Below, piece by piece: positions 13,736 to 24,997 of a stretch of 64,000 nt of DNA; the stretch's first letter is position 1, and every line of letters begins with the position of its first letter. The stretch spans positions 6,016,001-6,080,000 of the forward strand of contig OZ252299.1 in NCBI GenBank assembly GCA_965250285.1. Reading direction: 5' to 3'. The notes beneath the pieces are model-generated. The model was not told the DNA's origin, made no database searches, and saw nothing but the letters and a program-made list of their open reading frames with translations. The position numbers and the translations under genes were made by a program. The DNA comes from Myxococcota bacterium. Its GTDB lineage: Bacteria; Myxococcota_A; UBA9160; UBA4427.

Positions 13736-15112
13736 ATGACCGAACCCCGCGAAGCGCCGTCCGCTTCATCCGGTTCACCCCACGTCGTGGTCGTGGGCGC
13801 CGGTCTGGCCGGTTGCGAAGCAGCTCATCAGGCCACCCGGCTCGGTGCGCGCGTCACGCTCTACGAGATGAAGCCTGACCGTTACTCGCCGGCGCACACG
13901 TCGGATGATTTCGCCGAGCTCGTCTGCAGCAACAGCCTGCGGGCGAACACCATGGCCAATGCGGTCGGTTGCCTCAAGGAAGAGATGCGCCGGGTCGGCT
14001 CGCTGGTGCTCGAAGCAGCCGACGCGACGGCGGTCCCGGCCGGCAAGGCGCTCGCCGTCGACCGCACGGTCTTCTCTCGACACATCACCGACGCGATCGA
14101 GTCGAATCCGGCGATCGAGGTGCGGCGCGAGCTCGTCGAGTCGATCCCCGGCGATGCGAACGTCGTGCTCGCAACCGGCCCGCTGACCGCCCCCGAGATG
14201 GCGCGATCGCTGCAGAAGCTGATCGGCGACGAGTATCTCTACTTCTACGACGCGATCGCACCGACGGTGTATGCCGACTCGATCGATCACGAGGTGGTGT
14301 TTCGGGCCTCGCGCTGGGAAGAGGGCGAGGGCGACTACCTCAACGTTCCGCTCGACGACGCCGGGTATCGCGGCTTCGTCGACGCCCTGCTCGAGGCCGA
14401 GACGGTGCCGCTGCACGCCCACGAAGCCGCGATGTACTTCGAGGGCTGCCTGCCGATCGAGGAGATGGCCCGGCGCGGGCCGCAGACGCTCGCTTTCGGT
14501 CCGATGAAGCCGGTCGGTCTCGAAGATCCGCGCACCGGGCGTCAGCCTCATGCGGTCGTCCAGCTGCGGCAAGAGGACAAGGCCGGGGTGCTCTACAACC
14601 TCGTCGGTTTTCAGACCAAGATGCGCGTGAAGGAGCAGCAGCGGGTGTTTCGCAGCCTGCCCGGCCTCGAGAAGGCCGTCTTCGCCCGCTACGGCTCGGT
14701 GCATCGCAACACGTACATCAATGCGCCGAAGCGGCTGCGGCCTTCCCTCGAGCTCAAGGCCCGCGACGGCCTGTTCATCGCCGGGCAGATGGCGGGGGTT
14801 GAGGGCTATGTCGAGAGCGCCGCACTCGGCTTCATCGTGGGCGTGAACGCGGCGTGCCGCGCCCGCGGGATCGATGCGCCGATGGCGCCCCGAGAGTCGG
14901 CGCACGGCGCGTTGCTCGGTCACCTGATGGACGCGAGCCCGAAGCACTTTCAGCCGATGAACGTCAACTACGGGCTCTTTCCGCCGCTGCCGCGCGAAGC
15001 GCTCGGAGGCAAGCGCAAGCTGCCCAAGCGCGAGAAGAACAAGCTGCTCGCCGAGCGCGCCGTCAGGGCCGCCGAAGACTGGGCCTCGGCGCTCGCCGGA
15101 TGTCGCGCGTGA
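13736..15112 (+). CDS. trmFO: Methylenetetrahydrofolate-tRNA-(uracil-5-)-methyltransferase TrmFO (Gid)
   Basis: VGAGLAGCEAA, AELVCSNSL, YFEGCLPIE, FGPMKPVGL, GQMAGVEGY, FQPMNVNYG; start 13736 or 13703. Confidence 0.96.
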   Translation: MTEPREAPSASSGSPHVVVVGAGLAGCEAAHQATRLGARVTLYEMKPDRYSPAHTSDDFAELVCSNSLRANTMANAVGCLKEEMRRVGSLVLEAADATAVPAGKALAVDRTVFSRHITDAIESNPAIEVRRELVESIPGDANVVLATGPLTAPEMARSLQKLIGDEYLYFYDAIAPTVYADSIDHEVVFRASRWEEGEGDYLNVPLDDAGYRGFVDALLEAETVPLHAHEAAMYFEGCLPIEEMARRGPQTLAFGPMKPVGLEDPRTGRQPHAVVQLRQEDKAGVLYNLVGFQTKMRVKEQQRVFRSLPGLEKAVFARYGSVHRNTYINAPKRLRPSLELKARDGLFIAGQMAGVEGYVESAALGFIVGVNAACRARGIDAPMAPRESAHGALLGHLMDASPKHFQPMNVNYGLFPPLPREALGGKRKLPKREKNKLLAERAVRAAEDWASALAGCRA

Positions 15113-15134
15113 AGCGGTCGAGGCGCGCCCTTCG

Positions 15135-16139
15135 ATGAGCGCCCGCAGCTGGAGCGACGCGATCGCTGCGTTCGAGCGGCACATGCGCAGCGAGCGCGGC
15201 TTCTCGGATCACACCCGCCGGGCGTACGTCGGCGACGTACGGGACCTGATGACGAGCCTGCCACCGGGTGCCGCGCCCGACGCCGTCGACGTCGACGACG
15301 TGCGCGCGTGGCTGGCTGCAGCCTACGGCGAGGCGGCGCCATCGACCCTCGGCCGGCGCCTCGCCGGCGCGCGCGCGTTCTTCCGTTTTCTGCAGACCGA
15401 AGGCGATCTGGCGCTCGACCCGACGGCCGGGTTGCCGGCGCCCAAACGGCCGAAGGGCGCGCCGAGCCCGCTCTCGGTGGACGACTGCTTCGCGCTCGCC
15501 GATGCCCTCGCGCGGATCCCGCTGCCGACGGCCGAGGCGGCGGCCGCCGACGCCAAGCTCGCGCGCGAGCGCCGCGCCGTGCTGCGCGACCGGGCGATCG
15601 TCGAGCTGCTCTATGGCGCCGGATTGCGCGTCGGCGAGCTGGTGGCGCTCGATTGCCGCGACATCGAGCTCGCCCGCGGCGAGGTGCGCGTGATGGGCAA
15701 GGGCCGCAAGGAGCGCGTGGTGCCGCTGCCTGAGATGGCCCGGCGCGCGCTCGACGAATGGCTCGAGGCGCGGCGACGACCGGGTGTCCTGGGCGAGCCG
15801 CTCTTCGTCTCGCTGCGGCCGCGCAAGGACGGCGAGCTGCGCCGCGTCGGCGCGCGCGACGTGCGTCGCATGCTCGCGCGGCGCGGCATCGAGAGTCACG
15901 TGCTCGACCATGTGCACCCGCATCGCCTGCGGCACAGCTACGCCACGCATCTGCTCGACATGGGCGCCGACCTGCGAGAGATCCAGGAGCTCCTCGGTCA
16001 TGCGAGCCTCTCGACCACGCAGAAGTACACGGCCGTCTCGGTCGAGCAGCTGCGTCAGGTCTACGATCGGGCCCACCCGCGGGCGCGACCGGCGGCGACG
16101 CGTGACGGCCGCGGTCGCGCGGCATCCAGACGAAGCTGA
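15135..16139 (+). CDS. xerC: Tyrosine recombinase XerC
   Basis: [44 protein letters not shown]; trmFO-xerC-hslV synteny. Confidence 0.9.
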   Translation: MSARSWSDAIAAFERHMRSERGFSDHTRRAYVGDVRDLMTSLPPGAAPDAVDVDDVRAWLAAAYGEAAPSTLGRRLAGARAFFRFLQTEGDLALDPTAGLPAPKRPKGAPSPLSVDDCFALADALARIPLPTAEAAAADAKLARERRAVLRDRAIVELLYGAGLRVGELVALDCRDIELARGEVRVMGKGRKERVVPLPEMARRALDEWLEARRRPGVLGEPLFVSLRPRKDGELRRVGARDVRRMLARRGIESHVLDHVHPHRLRHSYATHLLDMGADLREIQELLGHASLSTTQKYTAVSVEQLRQVYDRAHPRARPAATRDGRGRAASRRS

Positions 16140-16336
16140 GGATCGAGCGGCGTGCCTCGACCGCGCCGCGGGGCCGTCGCCGACGGGCCGGGCGCGCGGG
16201 GTCGCCGCCGACGCAGCGACCGGCTGCGTCGGCCGCGCGGCGCTCGGAGCGCCCTACACTGACGGGCCCGCGCGGCCGCGGCGCCGCGTCGTGTGCAGCC
16301 GGCCCGGAGGGCCGAGAGAGTGGAAGAGGAAGATCG

Positions 16337-16882
16337 ATGAGCGAAGAGCGCCGCACCCGTGCCACCACCGTCGTCGCGGTGGTGCGTGACGGCAAGCTGG
16401 CCATGGCCGCCGATGGCCAGGTGACCCTCGGTGAGATGGTGATGAAGCAGGGCGCCGAGAAGGTGCGCACCATCGGCAAGGGCAAGGCCGCGGTCGGGTT
16501 CGCCGGCGGCGTCGCCGACGCGCTCACCCTGCTCGAGCGACTCGAGTCGAAGTTCGAGACGTCGCCGGGCAACGTCCGTCGCGCCTGCGTCGAGCTCGCT
16601 CGTGACTGGCGCACCGATCGCGTGCTGCGCCGGCTCGAGGCGATGCTGCTCGTCGGCGATCCCGAGACGCTGCTCATGGTCTCGGGCAACGGCGACGTGA
16701 TCGAGCCCGACGACGGCGTCGCCGCGGTCGGCAGCGGAGGCGCCTACGCGCTCTCGGCAGCCCGGGCGCTGGTGGCCCACACCGACCTGCCACCCGAGGA
16801 CATCTGTCGCGAGGCGATGAAGATCGCCGCCGACATCTGCATCTACACCAATGATTCGATCAAGGTCGTCACCCTGCCTTAG
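16337..16882 (+). CDS. hslV: ATP-dependent protease peptidase subunit HslV
   Basis: [37 protein letters not shown]. Confidence 0.97.
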   Translation: MSEERRTRATTVVAVVRDGKLAMAADGQVTLGEMVMKQGAEKVRTIGKGKAAVGFAGGVADALTLLERLESKFETSPGNVRRACVELARDWRTDRVLRRLEAMLLVGDPETLLMVSGNGDVIEPDDGVAAVGSGGAYALSAARALVAHTDLPPEDICREAMKIAADICIYTNDSIKVVTLP

Positions 16883-16900
16883 ATCGCGCGAGTCGCATCG

Positions 16901-18265
16901 ATGAGCAAGCAAGCCCTCCCCACGTTCACACCGCGCGAGATCGTCTCCGAGCTCGATCGTTACATCGTCGGCCAGCGCGAAGCGAAGCGCGCCGTGGCCG
17001 TGGCCCTGCGCAATCGCTGGCGCCGGCAGCAGGTGCCCGAAGAGCTGCGCGACGAGATCGCGCCGAAGAACATCATCATGATCGGCGCGACCGGTGTCGG
17101 GAAGACCGAGATCGCGCGTCGACTCGCGAAGCTCGCCCAGGCGCCCTTCATCAAGGTCGAAGCGTCGAAGTTCACCGAGGTCGGTTACGTCGGCCGCGAC
17201 GTCGAGTCGATCGTGCGCGACCTGACCGAGCTCGCCGTCGGCATGGTGACCGAGGAGCGAAAGCGCGCGGTGCGAAGTCAGGCCGAGGAGCAGGCCGAGG
17301 AGCGCCTGCTCGACGCGCTGCTGCCGCCGCCCGTGGCGGGGCCGCCGGGTCAGGTCGCCCAACCCGACGAGCCCGGCTCGACCGAGACGCGAGAGAAGCT
17401 GCGCAAGCTGCTGCGCGATGGCGCCCTCGACGAACGTGAGATCGACGTCGACCTGTCCGACGAGGGCGGGGGGCCCTCGCTGTCGATCATGACGCCCCAG
17501 GGCGTCGAAGAGATGGGCGTGCAGTTCAAGGATCTGCTCGGCGGCATGATGCCCGACAAGACGCGCAGTCGGCGCATGCAGGTCGGCGCGGCGCGCGAGG
17601 CGTTGATCGGCGAAGAGGCCGGTCGGCTCGTCGACGCCGAAGAGGTGCGCGAGCTGGCCGTCGAGCGCGTCGAGCAGACCGGCATCGTCTTCGTGGACGA
17701 GATCGACAAGGTCGCCGCCGGCTCGGGCGGCCGGCAGGGGCCCGATGTCTCCCGCGAGGGCGTGCAGCGTGACCTGCTGCCCATCGTCGAAGGCTCGACG
17801 GTGCAGACCAAGCACGGCCCGGTGAGCACCGACCACATCCTCTTCATCGCGGCCGGGGCCTTCCACGTGGCCAAGCCGAGCGATCTCATCCCCGAGCTCC
17901 AGGGCCGGTTCCCGATCCGGGTCGAGCTGCAGAGCCTCTCGCGCGACGACCTCGTGCGGATCCTCGTCGAGCCGAAGAACTCGCTCGTGCGCCAGTACAC
18001 GGCGCTGATGGAGACCGAGTCGATCGCGCTCGAATTCAAGGACGATGCGGTCGAGCGCATCGCCGACATCGGCGCGGCCGTCAACGATCGCAGCGCCGAC
18101 ATCGGCGCCCGCCGTCTGCACACGATCATGGAGCGGCTCCTCGAGGAGCTGTCCTTCGATGCGCCCGACCTGGGCGGCCGCTCGGTGGTGGTCGATCGCG
18201 CGATGGTCGACCAGCGCCTCGCCGACCTCGTCGACGACAGCGATCTGGCTCAGTACATCCTCTAG
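16901..18265 (+). CDS. hslU: ATP-dependent protease ATPase subunit HslU
   Basis: [46 protein letters not shown]. Confidence 0.98.
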   Translation: MSKQALPTFTPREIVSELDRYIVGQREAKRAVAVALRNRWRRQQVPEELRDEIAPKNIIMIGATGVGKTEIARRLAKLAQAPFIKVEASKFTEVGYVGRDVESIVRDLTELAVGMVTEERKRAVRSQAEEQAEERLLDALLPPPVAGPPGQVAQPDEPGSTETREKLRKLLRDGALDEREIDVDLSDEGGGPSLSIMTPQGVEEMGVQFKDLLGGMMPDKTRSRRMQVGAAREALIGEEAGRLVDAEEVRELAVERVEQTGIVFVDEIDKVAAGSGGRQGPDVSREGVQRDLLPIVEGSTVQTKHGPVSTDHILFIAAGAFHVAKPSDLIPELQGRFPIRVELQSLSRDDLVRILVEPKNSLVRQYTALMETESIALEFKDDAVERIADIGAAVNDRSADIGARRLHTIMERLLEELSFDAPDLGGRSVVVDRAMVDQRLADLVDDSDLAQYIL

Positions 18266-18368
18266 CGGCGCGGTCCCGTCTCGCCCGATTGGGTCGGCCG
18301 CCCCACATCGGGGGCGCGCCGCCGGGGGGCCCTGCGCTACTTGTCCGTGCGAGCTGCGGGGGGCTGCC

Positions 18369-19925
18369 ATGACCGAACCGGCGCGGGTGCTGATCGTCGA
18401 CGACGAGCTCTTCTTTCGAGAAGCGATCTCGGACGTCCTCGGCGCCGAGGGCTTTCAGTGCGTCGTCGCCGAGACCGGCGAAGAGGCGCTCGAGCAGATC
18501 ACCGACCCGAGCCTCGGCGTCGTGGTGCTCGACATTCGCCTGCCCGACATCGATGGCATTCAGGTGCTCGCGCGCATTCGCGAGCTTCGCCCCTCGCTGC
18601 GCGTGATCATGCTCTCGGCCTCGACCGATCAGGATCTCGTGCTCGAAGCCCTGCGCCTCGGCGCGTGCGACTACCTGGCGAAGCCGCTCCACGAAGAGGA
18701 GCTGATGCTCTCGGTGCGCCGGGCGCTCGAGTCGTACGCCGTCGCCCACGACTGGACGGTGCTGCGTGAGCGCCTCGACAAGCTCGCCGCGGCCACCCAG
18801 AGCCTGGCGCAAGAGGTGGCACCCCTGAGCGGCCCCGACCGACTCGACGCCGTGTACGAGGGCGCCGTGCAGGTCGTCGAGGAGGTGCTCGAGGCGAAGC
18901 GTACGTCGCTCATGATCTTCGACGAGTCGGGCGACGTGCTCGAGGTCGTCGCGGCCCGCGGCCACGCCACGCCGATCGAACGCCTCGAGACGGTCGCGCC
19001 AGGGGAGGGCGTGGCGGGCGTCGTCGTGCAGCGCGGCGAAGCGCTCGTCGTTCGCGACGTGACGACCGATCCCCTCTTTGCCGGACAGACGATGGACGAG
19101 CGCTACGCGTCGCCGTCGTTCGCCGTCGCCCCGCTGCTCGAGCGCGACGAGCCGATCGGCGTCGTCTGCGCCACGGACCGCTCCGCCGGGGGCGCGTTCG
19201 GCGACGACGACCTCGCCATCCTCCGCATTCTGGCGCTCCAGCTGACCGAGCTCGTCATGGCGCGACCCGTCGCGGACGACACCGTGACGGTCGGGGGCGT
19301 GGTCGACCTCGATGAGAGCGGCGAAGTGGCCGTGGTCGTCGACCAGGCGGAGGCCCCGCCCAAGTCGGAGGACGACCTCGAAGAGCTCGACCGCGACGCC
19401 GAGCTCGCCCGGGTCGTGTGTCAGGCCGTGATCGACGAGATCGAGCCCTCGCGGGTCGTGCGCGCCGCGCTTCAACCGATCGTCGGTCTGCTGCCCGCGG
19501 CGCCGGTCGCGATCCACCTGCTCGATGCCGCGAGTGGCCGGTTGCACCAGGAGGGCGAGTGCGACGGCAGCGTGGGCAGCGATCGCATCGAGCTCGACGC
19601 CGAGAAGGGGCTCACCGGCCTCGTCGTGCAGACCGGTCACATGATCGTGACGCCCGAGCCCGAGCTCGACCCGCGCTTTGACGCGGGCAACGACACGCCC
19701 GAATCGGGCCTGCCGCGCCCGATGATGTGTCTGCCGATCTCGTTCCGCGGCAAGGTGGTCGGGGTGTTCCGCGCGTTCTTGCCGGAGGACGGGTCGCCGT
19801 CGGCCCGCACGGGCGAGGTGCTCTCGGCGGCGCTTTCGGCCGTCATGCGCAACGTGTTGCTGTATCGCAGCCTCGTCGAGAGCATCGAGGAGGTCGCGGA
19901 GGCGCGGCGCGAGGCGCGGCGCTAA
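18369..19925 (+). CDS. Response regulator, REC plus two GAF-like domains, no recognisable output domain
   Basis: [19 protein letters not shown]; two GAF-like segments ([13 protein letters not shown]...; [11 protein letters not shown]...DPRF...MCLPI). Confidence 0.8.
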   Translation: MTEPARVLIVDDELFFREAISDVLGAEGFQCVVAETGEEALEQITDPSLGVVVLDIRLPDIDGIQVLARIRELRPSLRVIMLSASTDQDLVLEALRLGACDYLAKPLHEEELMLSVRRALESYAVAHDWTVLRERLDKLAAATQSLAQEVAPLSGPDRLDAVYEGAVQVVEEVLEAKRTSLMIFDESGDVLEVVAARGHATPIERLETVAPGEGVAGVVVQRGEALVVRDVTTDPLFAGQTMDERYASPSFAVAPLLERDEPIGVVCATDRSAGGAFGDDDLAILRILALQLTELVMARPVADDTVTVGGVVDLDESGEVAVVVDQAEAPPKSEDDLEELDRDAELARVVCQAVIDEIEPSRVVRAALQPIVGLLPAAPVAIHLLDAASGRLHQEGECDGSVGSDRIELDAEKGLTGLVVQTGHMIVTPEPELDPRFDAGNDTPESGLPRPMMCLPISFRGKVVGVFRAFLPEDGSPSARTGEVLSAALSAVMRNVLLYRSLVESIEEVAEARREARR

Positions 19926-20028
19926 GTTCCCGCCCCTTCGGGCGCCGCCGCTGCGCCGGATCCACTGCGCAGCGAACCGCCCCGGTCACGCCCCGCGGCG
20001 TGGCCCTCCATCCCCCATCGGAGAGCCG

Positions 20029-20883
20029 ATGCAGTCGCTCGTCGACAAGGCCAAGGTATTGATCGAGGCGCTGCCGTACATGCGGCGCTTCGTCGACAAG
20101 ACCGTCGTCATCAAGTACGGCGGCAATGCGATGATCGACGACGAGCTGCGCAGCTCGTTCGCCGTCGATGTCGTGCTGCTCAAGTTCATCGGTGTGCGCC
20201 CGGTGATCGTGCACGGCGGCGGGCCGCAGATCGGTCGCACGCTCGAGCGCCTCGGGAAGGAGTCGACCTTCGTCGATGGTCGCCGCGTGACCGACGACGA
20301 GACGATGGAGGTCGTCGAGATGGTGCTCGGCGGCACGCTGAATCGAGAGATCGTCGAGCTGATCAACCAGGGCGGTGGCCGCGCCGTCGGTCTGACGGGC
20401 AGCGATGGCGCGATGATCCGCGTGCGCAAGCGCCTGCCGGGTGGCAAGGACATCGGCCGGGTCGGCGAGGTCATCGACGTGGATCCGCGCGTCGCGACGG
20501 CCGTCGCCGACGCGGGCTTCATCCCCGTCGTCGCGCCGATCGGCGCCGACGAGAACGGGCTCACCTACAACGTCAACGCCGACGAGGCCGCCGGCGCGCT
20601 CGCGCGTGCGCTCGGCGCCGAGAAGCTGATGCTACTCACCGACGTCGAGGGGGTGAAGGGCAGCGACGGTGCGGTGCGCAGCCAGATCACCGCCGGCGGC
20701 GTGCGCGAGATGATGGAAGAAGGCGTGATTCGCGACGGGATGATCCCGAAGGTCGAGTGCTGCCTCGATGCACTGATCGGCGGTGTCGCCCGCACGCACA
20801 TCATCGACGGTCGTGTCCTGCACGCCGTTCTGCTCGAGATCTTCACCGACGACGCCGGCGTCGGCACGCTGATCGTGCCCTGA
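20029..20883 (+). CDS. argB: Acetylglutamate kinase
   Basis: [28 protein letters not shown]. Confidence 0.97.
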   Translation: MQSLVDKAKVLIEALPYMRRFVDKTVVIKYGGNAMIDDELRSSFAVDVVLLKFIGVRPVIVHGGGPQIGRTLERLGKESTFVDGRRVTDDETMEVVEMVLGGTLNREIVELINQGGGRAVGLTGSDGAMIRVRKRLPGGKDIGRVGEVIDVDPRVATAVADAGFIPVVAPIGADENGLTYNVNADEAAGALARALGAEKLMLLTDVEGVKGSDGAVRSQITAGGVREMMEEGVIRDGMIPKVECCLDALIGGVARTHIIDGRVLHAVLLEIFTDDAGVGTLIVP

Positions 20884-20910
20884 ACCCTGTCGGATCACCG
20901 AGGAACACCC

Positions 20911-21843
20911 ATGCCCAAGGATTTCATCTCGCTCGCCGACTGGTCGCCCGACGAGATTCACGAGCTGCACGCCCGGGCACAGCAGCTGCGCCGCCTTCAG
21001 CAGGACGGCGAGCGGCCGCGCACGCTCCAGGGCCGAATTCTCGCGATGTACTTCGAGAAGCCGAGCCTGCGCACGCACGTGACCTTCGAGGCCGGCATCG
21101 CTCAGCTCGGCGGCCACGCGATTCTGCTGCGCCCCGAGCAGGTCGGCATCGGCACGCGCGAGAGCCCGCGCGACGTGGCGCTCAATCTCTCGCGCTGGGT
21201 CGACGCGCTGATGGCGCGCACGTTCAGCCACTCGCTGGTCGAGCAGCTCGCCGAAGAGGCGACGATCCCGGTGATCAACGGCCTCACCGACTTCCTGCAT
21301 CCGTGTCAGGCGATGGCCGATCTGCAGACGATCGCGAGCTTGATACCGCCGAGCGAGGCGACGCTGGTCTACGTCGGCGATGGCAACAACGTCGCCAACA
21401 GCCTGATGATGCTCGCGGCGAAGGTCGGCATGTGCATGCGCGTCGCGACGCCGAAGTCGCACCCGCCGGCGGCCCGGGTCCGGCGGATGGCCGAAGAGGT
21501 CGCGGCCGAGACCGGTGCCGAGATCAGCTGGACGGAAGATCCCCATCAGGCCGTGAAGGGGGCCGACTTCGTCTACACCGACACCTGGACCAGCATGGGC
21601 CAGGAAGACGAGGCCGAAGAGCGGCGGCGCATCTTCGCCGACTATCAGGTGAATGATGCGCTCCTCGAGAGCGCGCCCAAGGCCCGCGTGATGCACTGCC
21701 TGCCCGCTCACCGCGGCGAGGAGATCACGAGCGATCTGCTCGACGGTGACCGGAGCCTGATCTACGAGCAGGCCGAGAACCGGCTCCACGCCCAGAAGGC
21801 GATCATGGAGCGACTCATCGTCGGCCAGCCGCATCACGCCTAG
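20911..21843 (+). CDS. argF: Ornithine carbamoyltransferase
   Basis: FEKPSLRT, HPCQAMAD, GDGNNV, WTSMGQE, MHCLPAHRGEE, AENRLHAQK. Confidence 0.96.
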   Translation: MPKDFISLADWSPDEIHELHARAQQLRRLQQDGERPRTLQGRILAMYFEKPSLRTHVTFEAGIAQLGGHAILLRPEQVGIGTRESPRDVALNLSRWVDALMARTFSHSLVEQLAEEATIPVINGLTDFLHPCQAMADLQTIASLIPPSEATLVYVGDGNNVANSLMMLAAKVGMCMRVATPKSHPPAARVRRMAEEVAAETGAEISWTEDPHQAVKGADFVYTDTWTSMGQEDEAEERRRIFADYQVNDALLESAPKARVMHCLPAHRGEEITSDLLDGDRSLIYEQAENRLHAQKAIMERLIVGQPHHA

Positions 21844-21973
21844 CTGCCCCGAGGGGGCTCGCCTGGGCGTGCTCCATCGCGCCCGCATCCCCGCCCGCGG
21901 GCCCGCTCGCGCTGCGTCGACGCGCCGTGCTTTCTCGGCATCTGGCCTGCCAGCTCTCCCTGCCAAAATCATG

Positions 21974-21989
21974 TGTGGATAACCTCACA
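21974..21989. promoter_or_regulatory. CRP-like site overlapping a perfect DnaA box
   Basis: TGTGG-ATAACC-TCACA (one mismatch to TGTGA-N6-TCACA); 21974-21982 TGTGGATAA is the reverse complement of TTATCCACA. Confidence 0.5.
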
Positions 21990-22036
21990 CTTGAGAATCG
22001 AGACCGGGCAGAACGTCTCCGAATCGTTCGTGCCGC

Positions 22037-22065
22037 CTCAGCTTTCGACTCTCGCGCTCCGATGA
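22037..22065 (+). promoter_or_regulatory. Putative sigma28-like promoter
   Basis: CTCAG-N16-TCCGATGA, 46 nt before the J-domain gene ATG. Confidence 0.55.
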
Positions 22066-22111
22066 AGGGAGAGGCGAGTCGGCCGTGTGGGCCGGCTCGA
22101 ACGGAGGCGGT

Positions 22112-23383
22112 ATGAGCAGCGACGGAAGCGGAGGCAGCGATCTCGATCGCATCCTGCGTCTCGCGGACGGGGTCGACCCGACGTCGCTGGCTCTGTCCGC
22201 CGCGGAGGGGTACTTGCTCTCTCGCATCGACGGACATACGCCGTGGCGCGTGCTGCGCGACATGGGTGCGGTCGATCCCGACGAGGCCGACCTCGTGATG
22301 GAGGGTTGGCTCGCGACGGGCACCGTCGAGGTCGCCGGCCACGCCGCGCGACCGAAGCAGGACCGTCTCGCGAGCCGTGCGCGCGAAGTCGTGTGCGAGC
22401 CGAAGCCGACCGGCGACCCGAGTGATGCCGTGCGCAACGATCTCGATCTCGAGCCCGACGTGCAGCTGCGCATCCTCGAGTTCGAAGCTCGGCTCGGCGA
22501 GAGTGACCACGAGCTGCTCGGCGTCGGCCCGGCTGCCGAGTCGAAGGAGGTCAAGAAGGCCTACTTCCGCCTCTCGAAAGAGTTTCATCCCGACCGCTTC
22601 TTCCGCCGCGACATCGGCGACTTCAAGCAGCGCCTCGACCGCATCTTCAAGCGCATCGCCGATGCGTACGAGCACCTCACGAACCCCGACGCGGCGCAAG
22701 CCGACGCCGCCGATGGAGCGAGCGCAGCGCCCGACACCGCGCGCGTCGAAGAAGACGCGCCCGGCAACGAGCGACTGCGACTGCTCAAGCAGCGCATGCC
22801 GTTCAAGATGGATGGCGAGGTGCCGGAAGAGCGACGGGAGCAGGCCGAAGAGATCTTCAAGGCCGTGATCTCTGCCGAACGCATGGGTCGCATCACCGAG
22901 GCGCTCTCACAGGTTCGTCTCGCGCTCTCGTTCGACCCGCGAAACCGCGAATACAACGAGAAGCTCACCGAGCTGAAGGGCCGCTACGCCGAGGTGCGCT
23001 GCGACGAGCTGCTCGACGACATGCGTGGCCTCGACCGCATGGCCGAGGCCGAGCTCGAAGAGGTGGCCGACCTGCTGAACGAGCTCATCGAGCTGAACGA
23101 TCAGGACGCGAGTCTGCACTGGAAGGCGGCCGAAGTGGCCCTTGCCGCCCAGCAGCTCGACGATGCGACGAAATCGGTGGGGACGGCGCTCGAGCTCGAG
23201 CCCGACGTGGCCCGCCACCACGTGACCCGAGGAATCATCCACAGGAAGTGCGGAGAGATGGGGCACGCGAAGAAGGAATTCGCCCGCGCTCTCGAGCTGG
23301 ATCCACATGACGATCGCGCCAAGGAGTACATGGCGGCGATCCGACCGGGTCGGCCGAGTGCCAATGGGGGAGGCAAGCGATGA
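22112..23383 (+). CDS. Class C J-domain co-chaperone with N-terminal winged-helix-like module and C-terminal TPRs
   Basis: LLGV...[18 protein letters not shown]...RIADAYEHL (HPD J-domain); TPR-like C-terminus; GGAGG SD. Confidence 0.88.
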   Translation: MSSDGSGGSDLDRILRLADGVDPTSLALSAAEGYLLSRIDGHTPWRVLRDMGAVDPDEADLVMEGWLATGTVEVAGHAARPKQDRLASRAREVVCEPKPTGDPSDAVRNDLDLEPDVQLRILEFEARLGESDHELLGVGPAAESKEVKKAYFRLSKEFHPDRFFRRDIGDFKQRLDRIFKRIADAYEHLTNPDAAQADAADGASAAPDTARVEEDAPGNERLRLLKQRMPFKMDGEVPEERREQAEEIFKAVISAERMGRITEALSQVRLALSFDPRNREYNEKLTELKGRYAEVRCDELLDDMRGLDRMAEAELEEVADLLNELIELNDQDASLHWKAAEVALAAQQLDDATKSVGTALELEPDVARHHVTRGIIHRKCGEMGHAKKEFARALELDPHDDRAKEYMAAIRPGRPSANGGGKR

Positions 23384-24951
23384 GCAAGGTGATCGGGATC
23401 GACCTCGGAACCACGAACTCGTGCGTGGCCGTCATGGACGGTGGCCAGCCCACGGTCGTGCCGAACTCGGGCGGCTACAAGACCACGCCCTCGATGTTCG
23501 GGATCTCACAGGACGGCAAGCGCCTCGTGGGGCATCTGGCAAAGCGCCAGGCCATCACGAACTCGGCCCATACGGTCTACGCGGCGAAGCGGCTGATCGG
23601 GCGCCGATTCGACTCGCCTGAGGTGCAGCGATCGATCGACCTCTCGCCCTACGAGATCGTGCGGGGCCCGAACGAGGATCCGCGCATCCGCATCGGCGGC
23701 AAGACGTTCACCTGCCCCGAGATCTCGGGCATCATCCTGCGCGAGATGAAGCGCGTCGCCGAAGAGTTCCTCGGCGAGCCCGTCAGTGAAGCCGTCATCA
23801 CCGTGCCGGCCTACTTCAACGACGCCCAGCGCCAGTGCACGAAGGATGCCGGCAAGATCGCGGGCCTCGAGGTGCTTCGCATCATCAACGAGCCGACGGC
23901 GGCTGCGCTCGCCTACGGAATGGCGCGCAATGAAGACGAGAAGATCGCCGTCTACGACCTGGGCGGTGGCACCTTCGACATCTCGATCCTCGAGATCTCC
24001 GATGGCGTGCTCGAGGTGCTCTCGACGGCCGGCAACACGTTCCTCGGCGGCGAAGACTTCGACCGCCGGATCGTTCAGCACCTCGTCGAGTGGTTCCAGG
24101 AGACCGAGTCGATCGATCTCCGCGAGGACACGATGGCGCTGCAGCGGCTGAAGGACGCGGCCGAGAAGGCCAAGTGCGATCTCTCGCTGCGAGAGACGGC
24201 CGAGATCAGCCTGCCCTTCATCGCGAGCGATGCCGAGGGCCCCCGCCACATGAACTACGAGCTGACCCGCGAGAAGCTCGAGGAGCTCGTCGATGACGTC
24301 GTCAGCGGCACGCTCAAGAGCGTCGAGCAGTGCGTGCAGGACGCCGGCCTGAACAGCGACGACATCGACCAGGTGGTGCTGGTCGGCGGCCAGACGCGCA
24401 TGCCGCTCGTGCAGAAGGCCGTGACGGAGTACTTCGGCAAGCGACCTCACAAGGGCGTGAACCCCGACGAGGTGGTCGCGCTCGGTGCCGCGGTGCAGGC
24501 CGCGGCCCTGGTCGACGAGACCAAGGACGTGCTGCTGCTCGACGTCACGCCGCTCTCGCTCGGCATCGGCACCTTCGGTGGCCACTTTGCTCGGCTCATC
24601 GAGCGCAACACGACGGTGCCCGTGAGCAAGGGGCACATCTTTACGACGACCCGCGACAATCAGAGTGCGGTCAAGATTCGCGTGCTCCAGGGCGAGAGCG
24701 AGATCGCGGCCGAGAACGACCTGCTCGGCGAGTTCGTGCTCGGCGGCATCCGGTCGGCGCCGAAGGGCGAGCCCGAGATCGAGGTCAACTTCGACATCGA
24801 CGCGAACGGCATGGTGAGTGTCGCTGCGCGAGACCTCGCGACGGGCAAGGAACAGTCGATCACGGTGAACTCCACGGGGACGCTCTCGGACGACGAGATC
24901 GAGGAGATCATCGAGGAGCACGAGCTCTACGAGGTGCAGCTGAAGGCCTGA
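23380..24951 (+). CDS. Hsp70/DnaK-family paralog lacking most of the C-terminal helical lid (523 aa)
   Basis: [49 protein letters not shown]; stops shortly after LSDDEI. Confidence 0.93.
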   Translation: MSKVIGIDLGTTNSCVAVMDGGQPTVVPNSGGYKTTPSMFGISQDGKRLVGHLAKRQAITNSAHTVYAAKRLIGRRFDSPEVQRSIDLSPYEIVRGPNEDPRIRIGGKTFTCPEISGIILREMKRVAEEFLGEPVSEAVITVPAYFNDAQRQCTKDAGKIAGLEVLRIINEPTAAALAYGMARNEDEKIAVYDLGGGTFDISILEISDGVLEVLSTAGNTFLGGEDFDRRIVQHLVEWFQETESIDLREDTMALQRLKDAAEKAKCDLSLRETAEISLPFIASDAEGPRHMNYELTREKLEELVDDVVSGTLKSVEQCVQDAGLNSDDIDQVVLVGGQTRMPLVQKAVTEYFGKRPHKGVNPDEVVALGAAVQAAALVDETKDVLLLDVTPLSLGIGTFGGHFARLIERNTTVPVSKGHIFTTTRDNQSAVKIRVLQGESEIAAENDLLGEFVLGGIRSAPKGEPEIEVNFDIDANGMVSVAARDLATGKEQSITVNSTGTLSDDEIEEIIEEHELYEVQLKA

Positions 24952-24997
24952 GCCCGAGATGCGCCGAGCGCAGCGCGGGACTCGAACGGAAGCCGAG

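Noticed and set aside
15135..16139. Phage or island integrase
   Set aside because: Housekeeping trmFO-xerC-hslV context; no att sites, cargo or composition shift seen
20006..20032. Sixth sigma28-like motif before argB
   Set aside because: TCCA with 14-nt spacer, and GCCGAT overlaps the start codon
21844..22111. Replication origin
   Set aside because: Only one DnaA box, no extended AT-rich unwinding element and no dnaA/dnaN nearby
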